DNA of 64,000 nt from a virus (IMGVR_UViG_3300031344_000001); one strand, 5' to 3'; positions 46,418-57,317 are shown, counted from the stretch's first letter. Made by a program: numbers and translations. Notes: generated by a model from the letters alone, not told the origin.

Positions 46418-49189
46418 TTACGCTGCCCAGCCGAACCGACGCGGACGCGGACGATCACCGCTCGTCGTCGTGGAGCGCCGAGGGAGTTCCGCCCCCGGGG
46501 CCCCGCGCATGCCGCTGATCTTCTCGATGTAGGCGTGCGGCCAGGAGTCCCCACCCTTGTCGAAGTACGCCGCGTACGTGTACGCGGCCGGGTCCTGCGT
46601 CGCCGTGTTGAGCCAGTCGTCCGCGTCGTCGGCGCTGCGGAACGCGAGCGAGTGCCACAGGCCATCTCTTGACGTGTGGATGACGCCCACGACGTTTCCC
46701 GCACGACGGGCCGCGAGGGACTCCGCCTTTCCACGTACGTCCCCGAGCGCCGAGCCGATCGACGTCCCCGCACCCCACGCACCGATCATCTTGCTCATCT
46801 TGGGGTCACCGAAAAGTTCGCTGATCGGCGCGGGCCACGTCGGATCCGTTGCATCGTAAATCGCGCGATAGATCACGACGCCCGGCGCGGCTGTCAGCCA
46901 ATCGGACGCAGCGTCGAGGGTGGGGAACCCGCGGTAATCGTCATTCCCGATCCCCGGGCCCTGCGCGGCCGGGCCAAAGAGCTCGACGCCGAGGTACCGG
47001 GCACCGGTCCGTCCGTGGGCGTGTTGCGCAACGCGCGCGCCACGCCCACGAAGCACGGGCCGCGGCTGATTCCAGACGTCCCGAGCCGGATCGTCCGAGC
47101 CCACGTAGTGACCGGCCGCCCGCGTCTCCGCGACGCGCTGAGCGATGACGGGCGCGTAGGCCGGGTCGTCGCTCTTGGTCCAGTTCACCGGGTTCGGCCA
47201 GTGCGGGCTCGCCGTGTCGAACAGCGCCAACGCCACGTGCGGCGTTTGGATCCGGCTCCTCATGTAGTCGAGCGCCTGGTCGGGCGACGAGAACGGCGTG
47301 ACGACCGTCGTGCCACCCGTCAGCTGCACACCGGGCGTGAACGCCTCTCCCGACGGGTCAAGGCTCCAGACCCACGCGGCCGCCGGGTACGACGCCTGGT
47401 AGCCGGCGACCTCGCGCTTGGCCGCCTCGATGAGGGCGCGGGTCTCGGGCCACCGACGCTTGCGCTCGACGTCCGACTCGACGTGGACGCGGGGGCGCTC
47501 GTACCGCTCGTACCGTGAGGAACCGTACGAAGCGCCCACCGCGTCAGCGAAGCGCGCGTGCGAAGGCGACGCCCTCGACGCCAGCCAAGGGTCGTCGTAG
47601 GGGCTGGCGATGTCGAGCCACGGGCCCCCAACGCCGACGTTCATGCCGTGCGTGAGTGACATGGCCTCGCTACGAGCGAGCGCCATGATCTCGGCGCGGG
47701 TCTGCTCCAGGGGCAAGCCGTAGGTTTCGGCCAGTACCTGCGCGAGCGCGTCAAGCTCCTCGTTGATCACGCCTGCCTCGGCATCCAGATCCGCACCCAC
47801 GCGCGACTCGATGTCGAGCCACGGGCCACCGACGTACGGCGAGCCGACCTGCTCGATGTCGAGCCACGGGCCACCGACGTACGGCGAGCCGACCTGCTCG
47901 ATGTCGAGCCACGGGCCGCCGATGTAGTCACCGGACGCCTTCGGCGGCGGGATGATCGGCGCCGGCAGCTTGCCGGGCGTGATGCCCGGGAGCGCGTGCC
48001 CCGGGTTCTCCTCCTGCCAGCGGCGCAGGTAGTAACCCGCGAGGCCGCCGAACGGCAGTCCCAGCAGGAACGGCAGGACGCTCCCCACCGCGGCGTCGCC
48101 ACTCACGACCGTGTGCCCGAAGCTCTCGAGGCCGGCCACCGGGCGCGACACGTCCGTGGACGCGAACACCGCCGCGTAGTCGTACGGCTGCGCCTGACCG
48201 TGGACGAGGGCCGCGAACCAGCCCTGCCCGTCCTCGAGCGTGTGGAACAGGTAGACGTGCTGCTGCACGCCCGCGCGGAGGTAGCCGTAGATCGGAGACG
48301 GGGACTGTCGCTGGGCAGACGCCACCGCGCGCGCTGCGACCTCGGGATAACTGCCACCACTGCCGTCGGTGTACTCGCTCATCTGTCGTGCTCCTTCGTC
48401 GCCGGCCACCGTCGCGGCGGCCGTTTCAAGGTCAGGTGTCGGGATGCCGCGCTGCGCGGCGAACGCGCGCAGACTGCTGAGTCCCTGCGACGCCGCGTGG
48501 ACGAAGGGCAGGCCCCCCGCATCCCGAGCGCGAGAGAGTTGGTAGCCCGTATACCACGGGTCCCAGTACCGACGCAGGAACTCGCGCATCACGCTCGACT
48601 GCGGGTTGCTCTGCGCGACCGCAGCCCAGTAGGTCTCGTGAGCCGCGACGAGCTGGTCGAGGTGCTGGAGTTGTTCACGTGGCGAAGGGTGCGCAGGGAT
48701 GAAGACGCGCCCAGGTCCGAACGTCGGATCAAACACGGGGGGCGCCTCGCCCACGAGTGCGTCCGGATCACTCACCGCCGAGGCGACCGGCCTGCTCTGA
48801 TTCCACTCCGGCGCCGTCTTGTCGAACGCTGCGAGGTACTGGTAGCGGTCCCTCTTCCCGACGAGGCTGCCGTACCAGTCGTCGAGTGCCTGGCGCGTGC
48901 GCATCGCGTAGACGACCCAGCGCGAGCTCAGGTCGTAGATGTGCCCCTGTGGGTGCCTCATGTACGCGGTGGCAACGTACGGCGCATCGGTGGTGAGCGC
49001 GTAGTCGGCCGCCTGGTTCGCCCATCCCCCGGCCTTCGACCCGACAATCGCGAGCGACGGGCCGCCGTGCTCCGCACGGTGCTCCTCCACCTCGGCGCGA
49101 AGCTGGCCGAGCGGCGTGTGGAAGATCCGCGCGAGCGCAAACGCGATCGCGTCGATGTCCGTGAGGGGCATGTCACCAGAGAAGCTCAT
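46418..49189 (-). CDS. large repeat-domain putative virion protein
   Basis: 923 aa; about 5 YxAxFD..W domains, central TM, GGPWLDI repeats; ATGA coupling. Confidence 0.78.
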   Translation of the reverse strand: MSFSGDMPLTDIDAIAFALARIFHTPLGQLRAEVEEHRAEHGGPSLAIVGSKAGGWANQAADYALTTDAPYVATAYMRHPQGHIYDLSSRWVVYAMRTRQALDDWYGSLVGKRDRYQYLAAFDKTAPEWNQSRPVASAVSDPDALVGEAPPVFDPTFGPGRVFIPAHPSPREQLQHLDQLVAAHETYWAAVAQSNPQSSVMREFLRRYWDPWYTGYQLSRARDAGGLPFVHAASQGLSSLRAFAAQRGIPTPDLETAAATVAGDEGARQMSEYTDGSGGSYPEVAARAVASAQRQSPSPIYGYLRAGVQQHVYLFHTLEDGQGWFAALVHGQAQPYDYAAVFASTDVSRPVAGLESFGHTVVSGDAAVGSVLPFLLGLPFGGLAGYYLRRWQEENPGHALPGITPGKLPAPIIPPPKASGDYIGGPWLDIEQVGSPYVGGPWLDIEQVGSPYVGGPWLDIESRVGADLDAEAGVINEELDALAQVLAETYGLPLEQTRAEIMALARSEAMSLTHGMNVGVGGPWLDIASPYDDPWLASRASPSHARFADAVGASYGSSRYERYERPRVHVESDVERKRRWPETRALIEAAKREVAGYQASYPAAAWVWSLDPSGEAFTPGVQLTGGTTVVTPFSSPDQALDYMRSRIQTPHVALALFDTASPHWPNPVNWTKSDDPAYAPVIAQRVAETRAAGHYVGSDDPARDVWNQPRPVLRGRGARVAQHAHGRTGARYLGVELFGPAAQGPGIGNDDYRGFPTLDAASDWLTAAPGVVIYRAIYDATDPTWPAPISELFGDPKMSKMIGAWGAGTSIGSALGDVRGKAESLAARRAGNVVGVIHTSRDGLWHSLAFRSADDADDWLNTATQDPAAYTYAAYFDKGGDSWPHAYIEKISGMRGAPGAELPRRSTTTSGDRPRPRRFGWAA
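47808..47925 (-). repeat. 45-bp tandem coding repeat (GGPWLDIEQVGSPYV, about 2.5 copies)
   Basis: repeated gctcgatgtcgagccacgggccaccgacgtacggcgagccgacct. Confidence 0.85.
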
Positions 49190-49599
49190 CGCAGGATCCC
49201 GCGCGGGTAAACCGCGGAGTCCCCCGATGGTAGATCCGGTTGAAGAACCCCGCGAATTTCTTGCTGACGCCCCGCGATCGCGGCGGGCGCGCCCCTGGGG
49301 GACGCTTGGCTCGGGTCCCTGAACACGTGCTGAAAACCGTCCTTCCACCACTGCACCGTGCCGCACTGCTTGCACGTGTGGGAAACAGGATCACCGAGGT
49401 TGAACGCGCCGAGGTGACGCCAGCGGTGACTGCACGCCTCGCACGTGTGCGTGTGCCCGTCGAGCATGTAGTAGCCGAACACGCCGGCACCCACGGCGAT
49501 CGCGAGTACGCCGAGCACACCGAGCGACTTGGCGGGCTGGTGGAAGCTCCTCCACGGAGAGGTCTCCCACGGAGGCCGTCCCGTGGGGCTACTCGCCAT
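49186..49599 (-). CDS. membrane protein with zinc ribbon
   Basis: TM followed by HTCEAC...HTCKQC. Confidence 0.68.
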   Translation of the reverse strand: MASSPTGRPPWETSPWRSFHQPAKSLGVLGVLAIAVGAGVFGYYMLDGHTHTCEACSHRWRHLGAFNLGDPVSHTCKQCGTVQWWKDGFQHVFRDPSQASPRGAPAAIAGRQQEIRGVLQPDLPSGDSAVYPRGILR

Positions 49600-49861
49600 G
49601 CCCACGCTCCCTCTCGTGGTGATGGTGGTGCCTGTGCTTCCGCGATCCGTACTCGCCGCGTTCGTTCTCGCCTTGGCCGTCGGGATCTTGACTCGCGTGC
49701 CGCCGGTGGTGCTCCCCGTGAGCCTCGCGCGGGAGGTGCAGCGCAGCAGCGTGCGCGTGGTCCTTGCGCCCGCCGAAGATCGCTGAGCCCACGACAGCCG
49801 CGAGCGCACCGACGCCTCCGCCGATGAGCAAGTGCTTCTTCTGGTCGGGGGTCAACGGCAT
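49589..49861 (-). CDS. small membrane protein, His-rich (RGEYG)
   Basis: N-terminal TM. Confidence 0.65.
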   Translation of the reverse strand: MPLTPDQKKHLLIGGGVGALAAVVGSAIFGGRKDHAHAAALHLPREAHGEHHRRHASQDPDGQGENERGEYGSRKHRHHHHHERERGHGE

Positions 49862-49866
49862 CCTAG

Positions 49867-50208
49867 TCAGCTCCTGCCGAGACGCTTCACGCTGTGCGCG
49901 GGCGCGTCAGCTGAAGGCAGGGGCGGCGCGGGGCGCACGAACCCGTGGTACGCCGCGCGCGCGCGGGTCGGCAGCTCCTTCGCGCTCTCGCTAAGGCTTC
50001 CCGCAAAGGTCTGGTAGGGCGTACCACTCGTCTTGTAGAGCTGCTCGATCTGCCGCGACTGGTGCCGCGCCCACAGGAGGCCGCCACCGATGGCAACCGC
50101 GCCGAGGAGCCACGTACCAATCGACGCGCCTCCGTGCTCGACGTAGATCGTCGGCAGGGACCCCACGCGCGGAGAGCGGCTGCCGTAGTGCCCGCGATCA
50201 TTCGCCAT
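49867..50208 (-). CDS. small membrane protein (RGHYG)
   Basis: MANDRGHYG; TM; GGAG SD. Confidence 0.68.
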   Translation of the reverse strand: MANDRGHYGSRSPRVGSLPTIYVEHGGASIGTWLLGAVAIGGGLLWARHQSRQIEQLYKTSGTPYQTFAGSLSESAKELPTRARAAYHGFVRPAPPLPSADAPAHSVKRLGRS

Positions 50209-50419
50209 CAGAAGACTCCATTCGGGCCGGGCCCTTGTGCGGGTGACGCTCTGCCTTGCCTCCATAGCGTGCGTAGTGCTTAGCGACGTCGAGCGTCATT
50301 CCAACGTAGCGCTTCGGCTCCGTACCCTGAGCCCCAACGACTACGCCGTCCCTAACGGTGAGCCAAATCAGCCCCCCGCTGTAACGATCTTTCAGCGAAA
50401 TCTGCTGAGGCTTCGCCAT
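50198..50419 (-). CDS. small hypothetical protein in a direct-repeat-flanked cassette
   Basis: 73-aa ORF; TGATG coupling. Confidence 0.6.
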   Translation of the reverse strand: MAKPQQISLKDRYSGGLIWLTVRDGVVVGAQGTEPKRYVGMTLDVAKHYARYGGKAERHPHKGPARMESSDGE

Positions 50420-50433
50420 CAGAAGACTCCATT
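50201..50433. repeat. 22-bp perfect direct repeat (50201-50222 and 50412-50433)
   Basis: ttcgccatcagaagactccatt occurs twice. Confidence 0.9.
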
Positions 50434-51954
50434 GGTATTCAAGAACGTCCGTGACGTGTGCGGGTACCGCTTGCGATCACTCGGCCGCTCGAGCCACCCC
50501 GTCGCGCCGTCGAGCCCGGCGCACTGGACTACGCCGAGCAGCCCCGACAGCGTGATGCTCGCCGTACCCTCGATCTCCGGGACGACGATCGATCGGTTCA
50601 GGTGCGCGGCGATCACGCCGCCCTCCACCGCGTGCTGGTACGCGTCGGCCAGGTCGGCGTCCAGTGCCGCACGCTGCGCGGAGGCCGAACCGAGGATCGC
50701 CCGTGGGTCGATGCCGAGCTCGGCGAGGCGCTCGCGACGCTGCCGATACTGCCCGACGTGGCGGGACGAAGCGAACTGCGGAGACTCACGCGCGAGCAGC
50801 ACGACGAACGCGCGCCAGGCTCCGTCCGGCACGCCAGCGAGCGGAGATCCCAGTGCGAGCGCTCGTGTCTGGTCGGCGGCCTCGTGGAGTGCCGCGGCCT
50901 CCTGCATCTGGGCGACAGCCTCGGGGGGGAGCCCCGTCGGTTGAGTGCTCGGCAAGGTGTCGATGACGACAGCACGCACCGGCCAGTTGCTGACCTGCGG
51001 AGGCAGCTGCGGGATCGGGTAGCCGCTGTGCCAGCGCACCTCGAAGACCTCCGCTCCTGTGGACGGATCGACGAGCACAACCCCGGCACCCGCGAAACCC
51101 GGCGACTGGCTGAGCTGAGCGGTCACCTGATCGAGCGTGACCGAAGGGTCCGCGACCGCGGGTGCCGCCGCACTCACGGGCGGTGCCGCCGGTGCCGCGG
51201 GTGCCGCGGGTGCCGCGGGTGCCGCGGGTGCCGCAGGTGCCGCAGGTGCCGCGGGCGCCGCGGGCGCCGCGGGCGCCGCGGCCGACGCCACAGGCACCAC
51301 GTCGATCACGGGGGGACGCCCCGACGCCACCACCCTGAGGAAGGCGGCCGGATCGTCGTGCAGCATCGCGAGGATCTCGTCGTGCGTTGCGTAACGGGCT
51401 TCCACCTGCGGAGGAGCCACGTCAGCGACTGCCACCGGTGGCGCGCACGACCCCCGCTGGTAGTCGGCCCACGGATCGCGGGGCGGCGCGCACGATCCCC
51501 GCTGGTAGTCGGCCCGCGGATCGCGCGGCAACACGCACGATCCCCGCTGGTAGTCGGCCCGCGGATCACGCGGCGTCACGCACGACCCCCGCGCGTAACC
51601 CGGAGCGGGCGGTGGCATCGCGCCCGATCGACGCGCGTGCGCGTGAACGACTGGCACGACGAACGCCTGCACGATGTCCTCCACGAGGTCACGGCGCCCC
51701 AGCGCCTCGGCCTCGACGATCGCGTAGAGGATCACGGGCGGCGGCGGAGTCTGGCCGAGACGAAGGATCTCCCCGAGTACCGAGATCGGTCCCGGCAACC
51801 CTGCCGTGATCGCCGGCGTTGGAGCCTGCGGAGGCGGCGCCGCGAGCTGGCGCGAAGGAGGCACGGTGTCGCGCGAAGAGCGACTGGCCGCGAAGGCAAT
51901 CGCGCCCAGTACGAGGAGTGGGAGGAACCACACGACTACCGACCTCCCCGCCAC
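50419..51954 (-). CDS. membrane-anchored protein with PAA and DYQRGSC repeats
   Basis: N-terminal TM; 9-bp PAA tandem repeat near 51181-51280; four RGSC units. Confidence 0.75.
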   Translation of the reverse strand: MAGRSVVVWFLPLLVLGAIAFAASRSSRDTVPPSRQLAAPPPQAPTPAITAGLPGPISVLGEILRLGQTPPPPVILYAIVEAEALGRRDLVEDIVQAFVVPVVHAHARRSGAMPPPAPGYARGSCVTPRDPRADYQRGSCVLPRDPRADYQRGSCAPPRDPWADYQRGSCAPPVAVADVAPPQVEARYATHDEILAMLHDDPAAFLRVVASGRPPVIDVVPVASAAAPAAPAAPAAPAAPAAPAAPAAPAAPAAPAAPPVSAAAPAVADPSVTLDQVTAQLSQSPGFAGAGVVLVDPSTGAEVFEVRWHSGYPIPQLPPQVSNWPVRAVVIDTLPSTQPTGLPPEAVAQMQEAAALHEAADQTRALALGSPLAGVPDGAWRAFVVLLARESPQFASSRHVGQYRQRRERLAELGIDPRAILGSASAQRAALDADLADAYQHAVEGGVIAAHLNRSIVVPEIEGTASITLSGLLGVVQCAGLDGATGWLERPSDRKRYPHTSRTFLNTNGVF

Positions 51955-52739
51955 GAGGGCACCCGCGCGGCGATCTCCTGATCGAGCTGCCTCGGCGTCT
52001 TCTTGCGCGCGTGCAGCTGCATGCCGCGACGGGCCCCCTCCGCGCGCGCCTTGGCAACGTCGAGCTTCTCGTCACGATAGAAGCCGCGGAGTTGGCGGTC
52101 GGTCGCCCCGCGCAGGGCCTCCGGATCGTGGAGCCTCGTGTGGAGGTCGAGCCCCGCCTTCCGACTGCTGTGCGCGTGCTTGCCCCCCAAGCGTCCGTAC
52201 GCTTCGCCGAACCTCTCGCGAAGCCACGAGTGCATCTCGTCGGCGTCGGCGACCTTGAGGACCTGTTGCTTCTGCAAGGGTGCGCTCGCCGGCCACAGCA
52301 CGAAGTAGGCTTGATTTACCGGCGACCACGCGACCTTGAGGCCCTCGGGAACCTTCCACGCGATCTTCTTGCTCGCGTGAATCGTCGCGCCCTTCGGGGC
52401 TTTCTCCTGCTGCTGGTACTTCTTCGGCAAGAGGTGGTCGTAGTTGCCGAGCGCGTGCTCGTCCTCGAAGTCCGTCGTCAGCTCCTCCGCCACGGCCTTG
52501 CGCGTCGACGCAGGGAACAACTGGTGCCACACCTGGCCCGGCGATCCGAACTCCTTGGCGTACTTCTTCGCGCCGGCCTCGACGAGGTAGCCGAACAGCT
52601 TCACGGCGAGGGGGTGCTCGTACGCGCCGCGCGCCTTTTTGGTCGCGAGGTTCTTCAAGATCGACACGTGCTGCGACCTGTGCAGGTCGGCGTCGTTGTC
52701 GATGTAGAGCTTCAGCTCACGGGCTTCAATGGCGCTCAT
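51936..52739 (-). CDS. phage-type hypothetical protein
   Basis: ELKLYIDNDADL...KNLATKKARGAY...GAKKYAKEFG; GAGG SD; C-terminal QLDQEIA. Confidence 0.75.
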   Translation of the reverse strand: MSAIEARELKLYIDNDADLHRSQHVSILKNLATKKARGAYEHPLAVKLFGYLVEAGAKKYAKEFGSPGQVWHQLFPASTRKAVAEELTTDFEDEHALGNYDHLLPKKYQQQEKAPKGATIHASKKIAWKVPEGLKVAWSPVNQAYFVLWPASAPLQKQQVLKVADADEMHSWLRERFGEAYGRLGGKHAHSSRKAGLDLHTRLHDPEALRGATDRQLRGFYRDEKLDVAKARAEGARRGMQLHARKKTPRQLDQEIAARVPSWRGGR

Positions 52740-52787
52740 GTGGACCTCGCCATCATACCTGGCGCGTGCATCGCAATCCGAAAGTAA

Positions 52788-53333
52788 TCAGACACCGTTC
52801 GTGTACTGGCCGCCCATGCCGAGACGCTTGGACGGATCCTCGATGAGAGGGTTGTCCTCGTAGGCGTCCGCGTACTGGTGCCAGCCCGGCAAGCCGACGC
52901 ACACGTGCACCATGCTGATCCCTTCCTCGGGGACCATGTGCGCGGGGTGCCCGAGGCCGATCATCACGTCCTTGGGGATCTGCCGCCACTTGATGACGGG
53001 CTCCGCCGGATGCCCCGCGACGCGCAGCTCGGCGACGCGCCACGCGACGAGGCGGTCGCAGTCACCGTGCCCGTCCGCGAGCACCGCGAGGCAGTCCTTC
53101 CAGTTCTCCTGGCCGGGAGGGTCCTCCTTGTAGCGCACACCCGAAGCGTAGAGCGGCGGGATCGGGTAGCCGAGGCCCTTCTGCGCGCGACGAAGCGCGC
53201 GACGAAGGTGCCACTCGTTCACCTTGATGAGCCCCTCAAGCAGCGGGATGATCGGCGCGAAGTGCCGGTCTTCGTCGCGATCGTCCTCGTCGAAGTGCGC
53301 GGGCAGTGTGATGTGGACCAGCGGCGTGATCAT
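52788..53333 (-). CDS. transglutaminase-like (papain-fold) cysteine enzyme
   Basis: GDCDRL..WR.AEL, HV, DPS..LGM give a candidate Cys-His-Asp triad. Confidence 0.6.
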   Translation of the reverse strand: MITPLVHITLPAHFDEDDRDEDRHFAPIIPLLEGLIKVNEWHLRRALRRAQKGLGYPIPPLYASGVRYKEDPPGQENWKDCLAVLADGHGDCDRLVAWRVAELRVAGHPAEPVIKWRQIPKDVMIGLGHPAHMVPEEGISMVHVCVGLPGWHQYADAYEDNPLIEDPSKRLGMGGQYTNGV

Positions 53334-53509
53334 CGGTAGTGCCCCCGAGTTGGTGGTCTGGAAGGATCTGGCTCGACGGGCTCGGGAGGTGGTTCGTTCT
53401 GCCAGAGCGCCGGACGGCACCCGCGAGCGCGTAGGCGTAGGTAGATGAGGACGCCAAGAAGACCGGCGACGCCCACGCCCACGAGCTTCTGGGGCACCGT
53501 CGCGCTCAT
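53330..53509 (-). CDS. small membrane protein (RGHYR)
   Basis: ATGA coupling on both sides; TM. Confidence 0.65.
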   Translation of the reverse strand: MSATVPQKLVGVGVAGLLGVLIYLRLRARGCRPALWQNEPPPEPVEPDPSRPPTRGHYR

Positions 53510-54186
53510 CGCGCGACCTCCGAGAGCGGCACCGAGGACGCCCCCAAGTCGAACGCCGCCGCATACCAGACATCGGTGTCCGCGGCCTGCTCGTTCGCCC
53601 AGCGTTGCAGACCCGCGCGCGTCCCGAAGATCGTCAGCTCGCTGCCCCAGGGAGAGTCGCGGTAGCCGATGAGCACGCGGTTGACCGCGGTCTGAATCCT
53701 CCGCGCCTGCTCGAGCGCCAGCGCACGGTACGCCGCAACTTGGCTCGCCCCGTAGCCGTGCGAAGGATAGCGCTGCACCGCGGCTGCCACGCCGTACGGC
53801 TGAATGCCGACTTGCGTGGCGCCCCCGTAGTCGTCGACGACGAGGCCCCACTGCGGCGCGTACTGGCGCAGCACCGCGTCGCGCGCGTACTCCGCGTACT
53901 CGGGGTAGGCGTCACCGCCGTAGTAGTCGTAGAGGTACCACCAGTACGCGTACCAGCCCTCGTCCCAGTACGGGAACCAGCGAGGCCACCATCCCCAGCC
54001 CTCGACGTTCGCGTAGTCGTGGTAGCGCTGGTGGGGCCACGGCGGAACGTCGTGGAAGTGGTGCCGGCGGTAGGTCGGGTGTACCGGCGGGCGCGGTACC
54101 TGCGGCAACGGCAACGACGCCGGACGCGCGAGCGCCGACGGCGCCCGCGTCACACCGCGGAAGTCACGCTCGCGAGGAGAGGCCAT
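53506..54186 (-). CDS. Trp/Tyr-rich protein with YAAAFD domain
   Basis: WGWWPRWFPYW tract; WYAAAFD. Confidence 0.7.
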   Translation of the reverse strand: MASPRERDFRGVTRAPSALARPASLPLPQVPRPPVHPTYRRHHFHDVPPWPHQRYHDYANVEGWGWWPRWFPYWDEGWYAYWWYLYDYYGGDAYPEYAEYARDAVLRQYAPQWGLVVDDYGGATQVGIQPYGVAAAVQRYPSHGYGASQVAAYRALALEQARRIQTAVNRVLIGYRDSPWGSELTIFGTRAGLQRWANEQAADTDVWYAAAFDLGASSVPLSEVAR

Positions 54187-54833
54187 CAGAAGCGCTCCCA
54201 GAGGCGGTGGAGCAACTCGACGATCGACCCGCCGCTCGCGAGGATCGCCAGGATCTTAAGGTTCCGCTTGCGCCGGTCTCCCTTAGCCTTGACGTCGTCC
54301 ACCTGCTCCTCCTTGGTCACCTCGATCGCTGCGAGTTGCTGCGACTTGTCGACCTCGACCTTGGCCATGAACGTGACGTGATCGCGCTCGATCGTGTGCT
54401 CGGCGGTCTTCTTCACGAGGCCAAGCATCTCGGAGAGCACGCGATCTTGCCCGTCAAGCTTCCCGGTCGCGCCCGCGACCTCCGTGCGAACGTCCGCCAC
54501 GTTGACGGCGAGCTGCTTGACGTCAGCACGCACGTCCTTGACGTCACCCTTCAGCTCGTCGTGCTTCTTCTCGACATCCTTCTTGAACTCGTCGTGCTTC
54601 TTCTCGAGCCGGCCGATCCGCTCGGTGTCGGGACGTTGCGCGCGGCGCTCGTCGAGCTCGTCGCCCTCGTAGCGGCCGGTGATCTCGTCGCTACCGAACT
54701 CCTTCGCGACAGCGGCGGCGTCACGCTCACGGCGAGCTGCAAGACCCCCCACGTCGCGCTCGTCCTGGCTCTGCATGCGCGATGACTTCTTCGTTCCCAG
54801 GGGTGGTGGCGTTCTGCGACTGCTGTCGGACAT
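54186..54833 (-). CDS. coiled-coil protein with hydrophobic C-terminus
   Basis: EKKHDE repeats; heptad pattern. Confidence 0.72.
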   Translation of the reverse strand: MSDSSRRTPPPLGTKKSSRMQSQDERDVGGLAARRERDAAAVAKEFGSDEITGRYEGDELDERRAQRPDTERIGRLEKKHDEFKKDVEKKHDELKGDVKDVRADVKQLAVNVADVRTEVAGATGKLDGQDRVLSEMLGLVKKTAEHTIERDHVTFMAKVEVDKSQQLAAIEVTKEEQVDDVKAKGDRRKRNLKILAILASGGSIVELLHRLWERF

Positions 54834-54984
54834 AGGGCGAATTAAGAAGAGCGTTCATCATGTTCCAAGCGGTCCGCGGCCCCCGCGGCTCGTTCATTTC
54901 GTTGGAAGACCGCCACCAGATCGAACGGCGCCTTCGCCGCGGCACCACCGCCCTTCGGAGCTTCCTTTGACTGATTCGATCGAC

Positions 54985-55323
54985 CTAGTCGATCTCGGCA
55001 CCGAGCAGGTAGTGCACCCGGCGACGGTGACGGTGCGCGAAGAAGCGCCGAGAGCCCCAGTGCGGGAACTCGGCGTCGTCGTCACCGCTCTCGATCGGCA
55101 AGCTGATGGTCGGCCAGTCGTACTGGCCGTACGGCCAACCCCAGCCGCCCCAGCCCCAGGGACCGCCCCAGCCGCCGCCCCAGCCACCCCAGCCATGACC
55201 GTAGCCCCCATGACCATGGCCGCCGTGACCGCCGCCGCCGCGACCGCCATGACCGCCACCACCATGACCGCCCCCACCGCCGCCGCCGCGTCCGACCTGC
55301 GTCCCGTAGACTCCGCGCGGCAC
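54985..55323 (-). CDS. Gly/His/Trp low-complexity protein (RGVYG)
   Basis: GTG start 1 nt after the upstream stop; VPRGVYGTQVG. Confidence 0.6.
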   Translation of the reverse strand: MPRGVYGTQVGRGGGGGGGHGGGGHGGRGGGGHGGHGHGGYGHGWGGWGGGWGGPWGWGGWGWPYGQYDWPTISLPIESGDDDAEFPHWGSRRFFAHRHRRRVHYLLGAEID

Positions 55324-55324
55324 G

Positions 55325-56125
55325 CTACACCGCCGCCGTGCCGACCATCGCCCCGAAAAAGGGGCAGCCGGACTCGTTGAGGCCGATGTACGTGACCACG
55401 ACGACGACGTCCATCGCCGTCTGCGCCGCCTCGAAGCGGACGAACGTGTCGATCGCGTTCGTCGCGAACAGGTCACCCGGGACGTCGCCCGACTGGACGA
55501 ACTGCGACCGGTTGCCGATCTTGATGTCGTTCACGATCCAGTCGGCCGCGCCGCCCGCCGTGCCCGCGTTCGAGATCACGAAGCGACCGATCTTGAAGAC
55601 CAGGGTCTGCGGGCGACCCGTGATCTGCGCCGACTGCGTCGGCAGGATCGGCACGCCCGTCGACATCGGGAGGATGTCGCGGTTCGCCTGCGTCGGCAGC
55701 GGAGCGTCCACCACCGCCGCGCGCGCTTGGAACGGGAACGAGGGGTCGAACCCGACACTGGGGCCCGTGATGTCGTACCAACCCGCAGCGGTCGCGGTCG
55801 GCGGACCATCCAGCGCCGGGGCCCCACCGGGAACCGGCACCGGTACCGGCACCGGCACCGGCACCTGCACCTGCTGCTGTTGCTGCTGGAGCATCTGGTA
55901 GTAGGCCGCCCAGTAAGCGGCCGGGTCGGGCGCGGGCGCGAACGGCGGCATGCCGCAGTCGCCGTCGCCGTCGTCGCAATTCCCGCCACCACCACCGCCA
56001 CCCCAAGGGCGGTGGTGCGGATGGAAACGACGGCGAGTGCTCATGCGCGGGCCGCCACGACCGACGATGGGGCCGGCAACGTCATGCCACTTGCCGAGGA
56101 GTGCGTAGATTTGGCGGGGGTCCAT
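55325..56125 (-). CDS. putative single jelly-roll capsid protein, copy 3
   Basis: shared 137-aa beta-rich C-domain (55325-55738); fold call is inference. Confidence 0.6.
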   Translation of the reverse strand: MDPRQIYALLGKWHDVAGPIVGRGGPRMSTRRRFHPHHRPWGGGGGGGNCDDGDGDCGMPPFAPAPDPAAYWAAYYQMLQQQQQQVQVPVPVPVPVPVPGGAPALDGPPTATAAGWYDITGPSVGFDPSFPFQARAAVVDAPLPTQANRDILPMSTGVPILPTQSAQITGRPQTLVFKIGRFVISNAGTAGGAADWIVNDIKIGNRSQFVQSGDVPGDLFATNAIDTFVRFEAAQTAMDVVVVVTYIGLNESGCPFFGAMVGTAAV

Positions 56126-56274
56126 ATTCGATGCCCTTTCGAGTTTCAGCGCGCCTCCCTCGTCAACGAGGAAGTGCCACGCTCATTCGTCTTCTTCGTT
56201 TTTTGCGCTCGAGCGAGGAATCGAACCTCGCGTGACCACTTTCGAGCTACCTTCCCGACGACGTGCGACGCTGA

Positions 56275-56520
56275 CTACCAGCCTTCGCGCGCCCAGTGAC
56301 CGGCCACGCCTCCGTAGCCAGGCACCCAGCGCCACCCCGGGTAGTACGCCGGCTGCTGCTGCTGGTACTGCTGCTGCTGCTGCTGGTACTGCCACCACCG
56401 CTGCTGCTGCCACTCGGGCAGCCGCTCCCACTCCACGCGCGATCGCTGCCACGCGGTGGGGGCCCTGCGCCGCCACCAACGCTCTTCGCCGACGTACGTT
56501 CCGTAACGTCCGCGACCCAT
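56275..56520 (-). CDS. Gln/Trp-rich small protein (RGRYG)
   Basis: starts 2 nt after the upstream stop; MGRGRYGTYVG. Confidence 0.65.
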   Translation of the reverse strand: MGRGRYGTYVGEERWWRRRAPTAWQRSRVEWERLPEWQQQRWWQYQQQQQQYQQQQPAYYPGWRWVPGYGGVAGHWAREGW

Positions 56521-56522
56521 GG

Positions 56523-57317
<795 letters not shown>

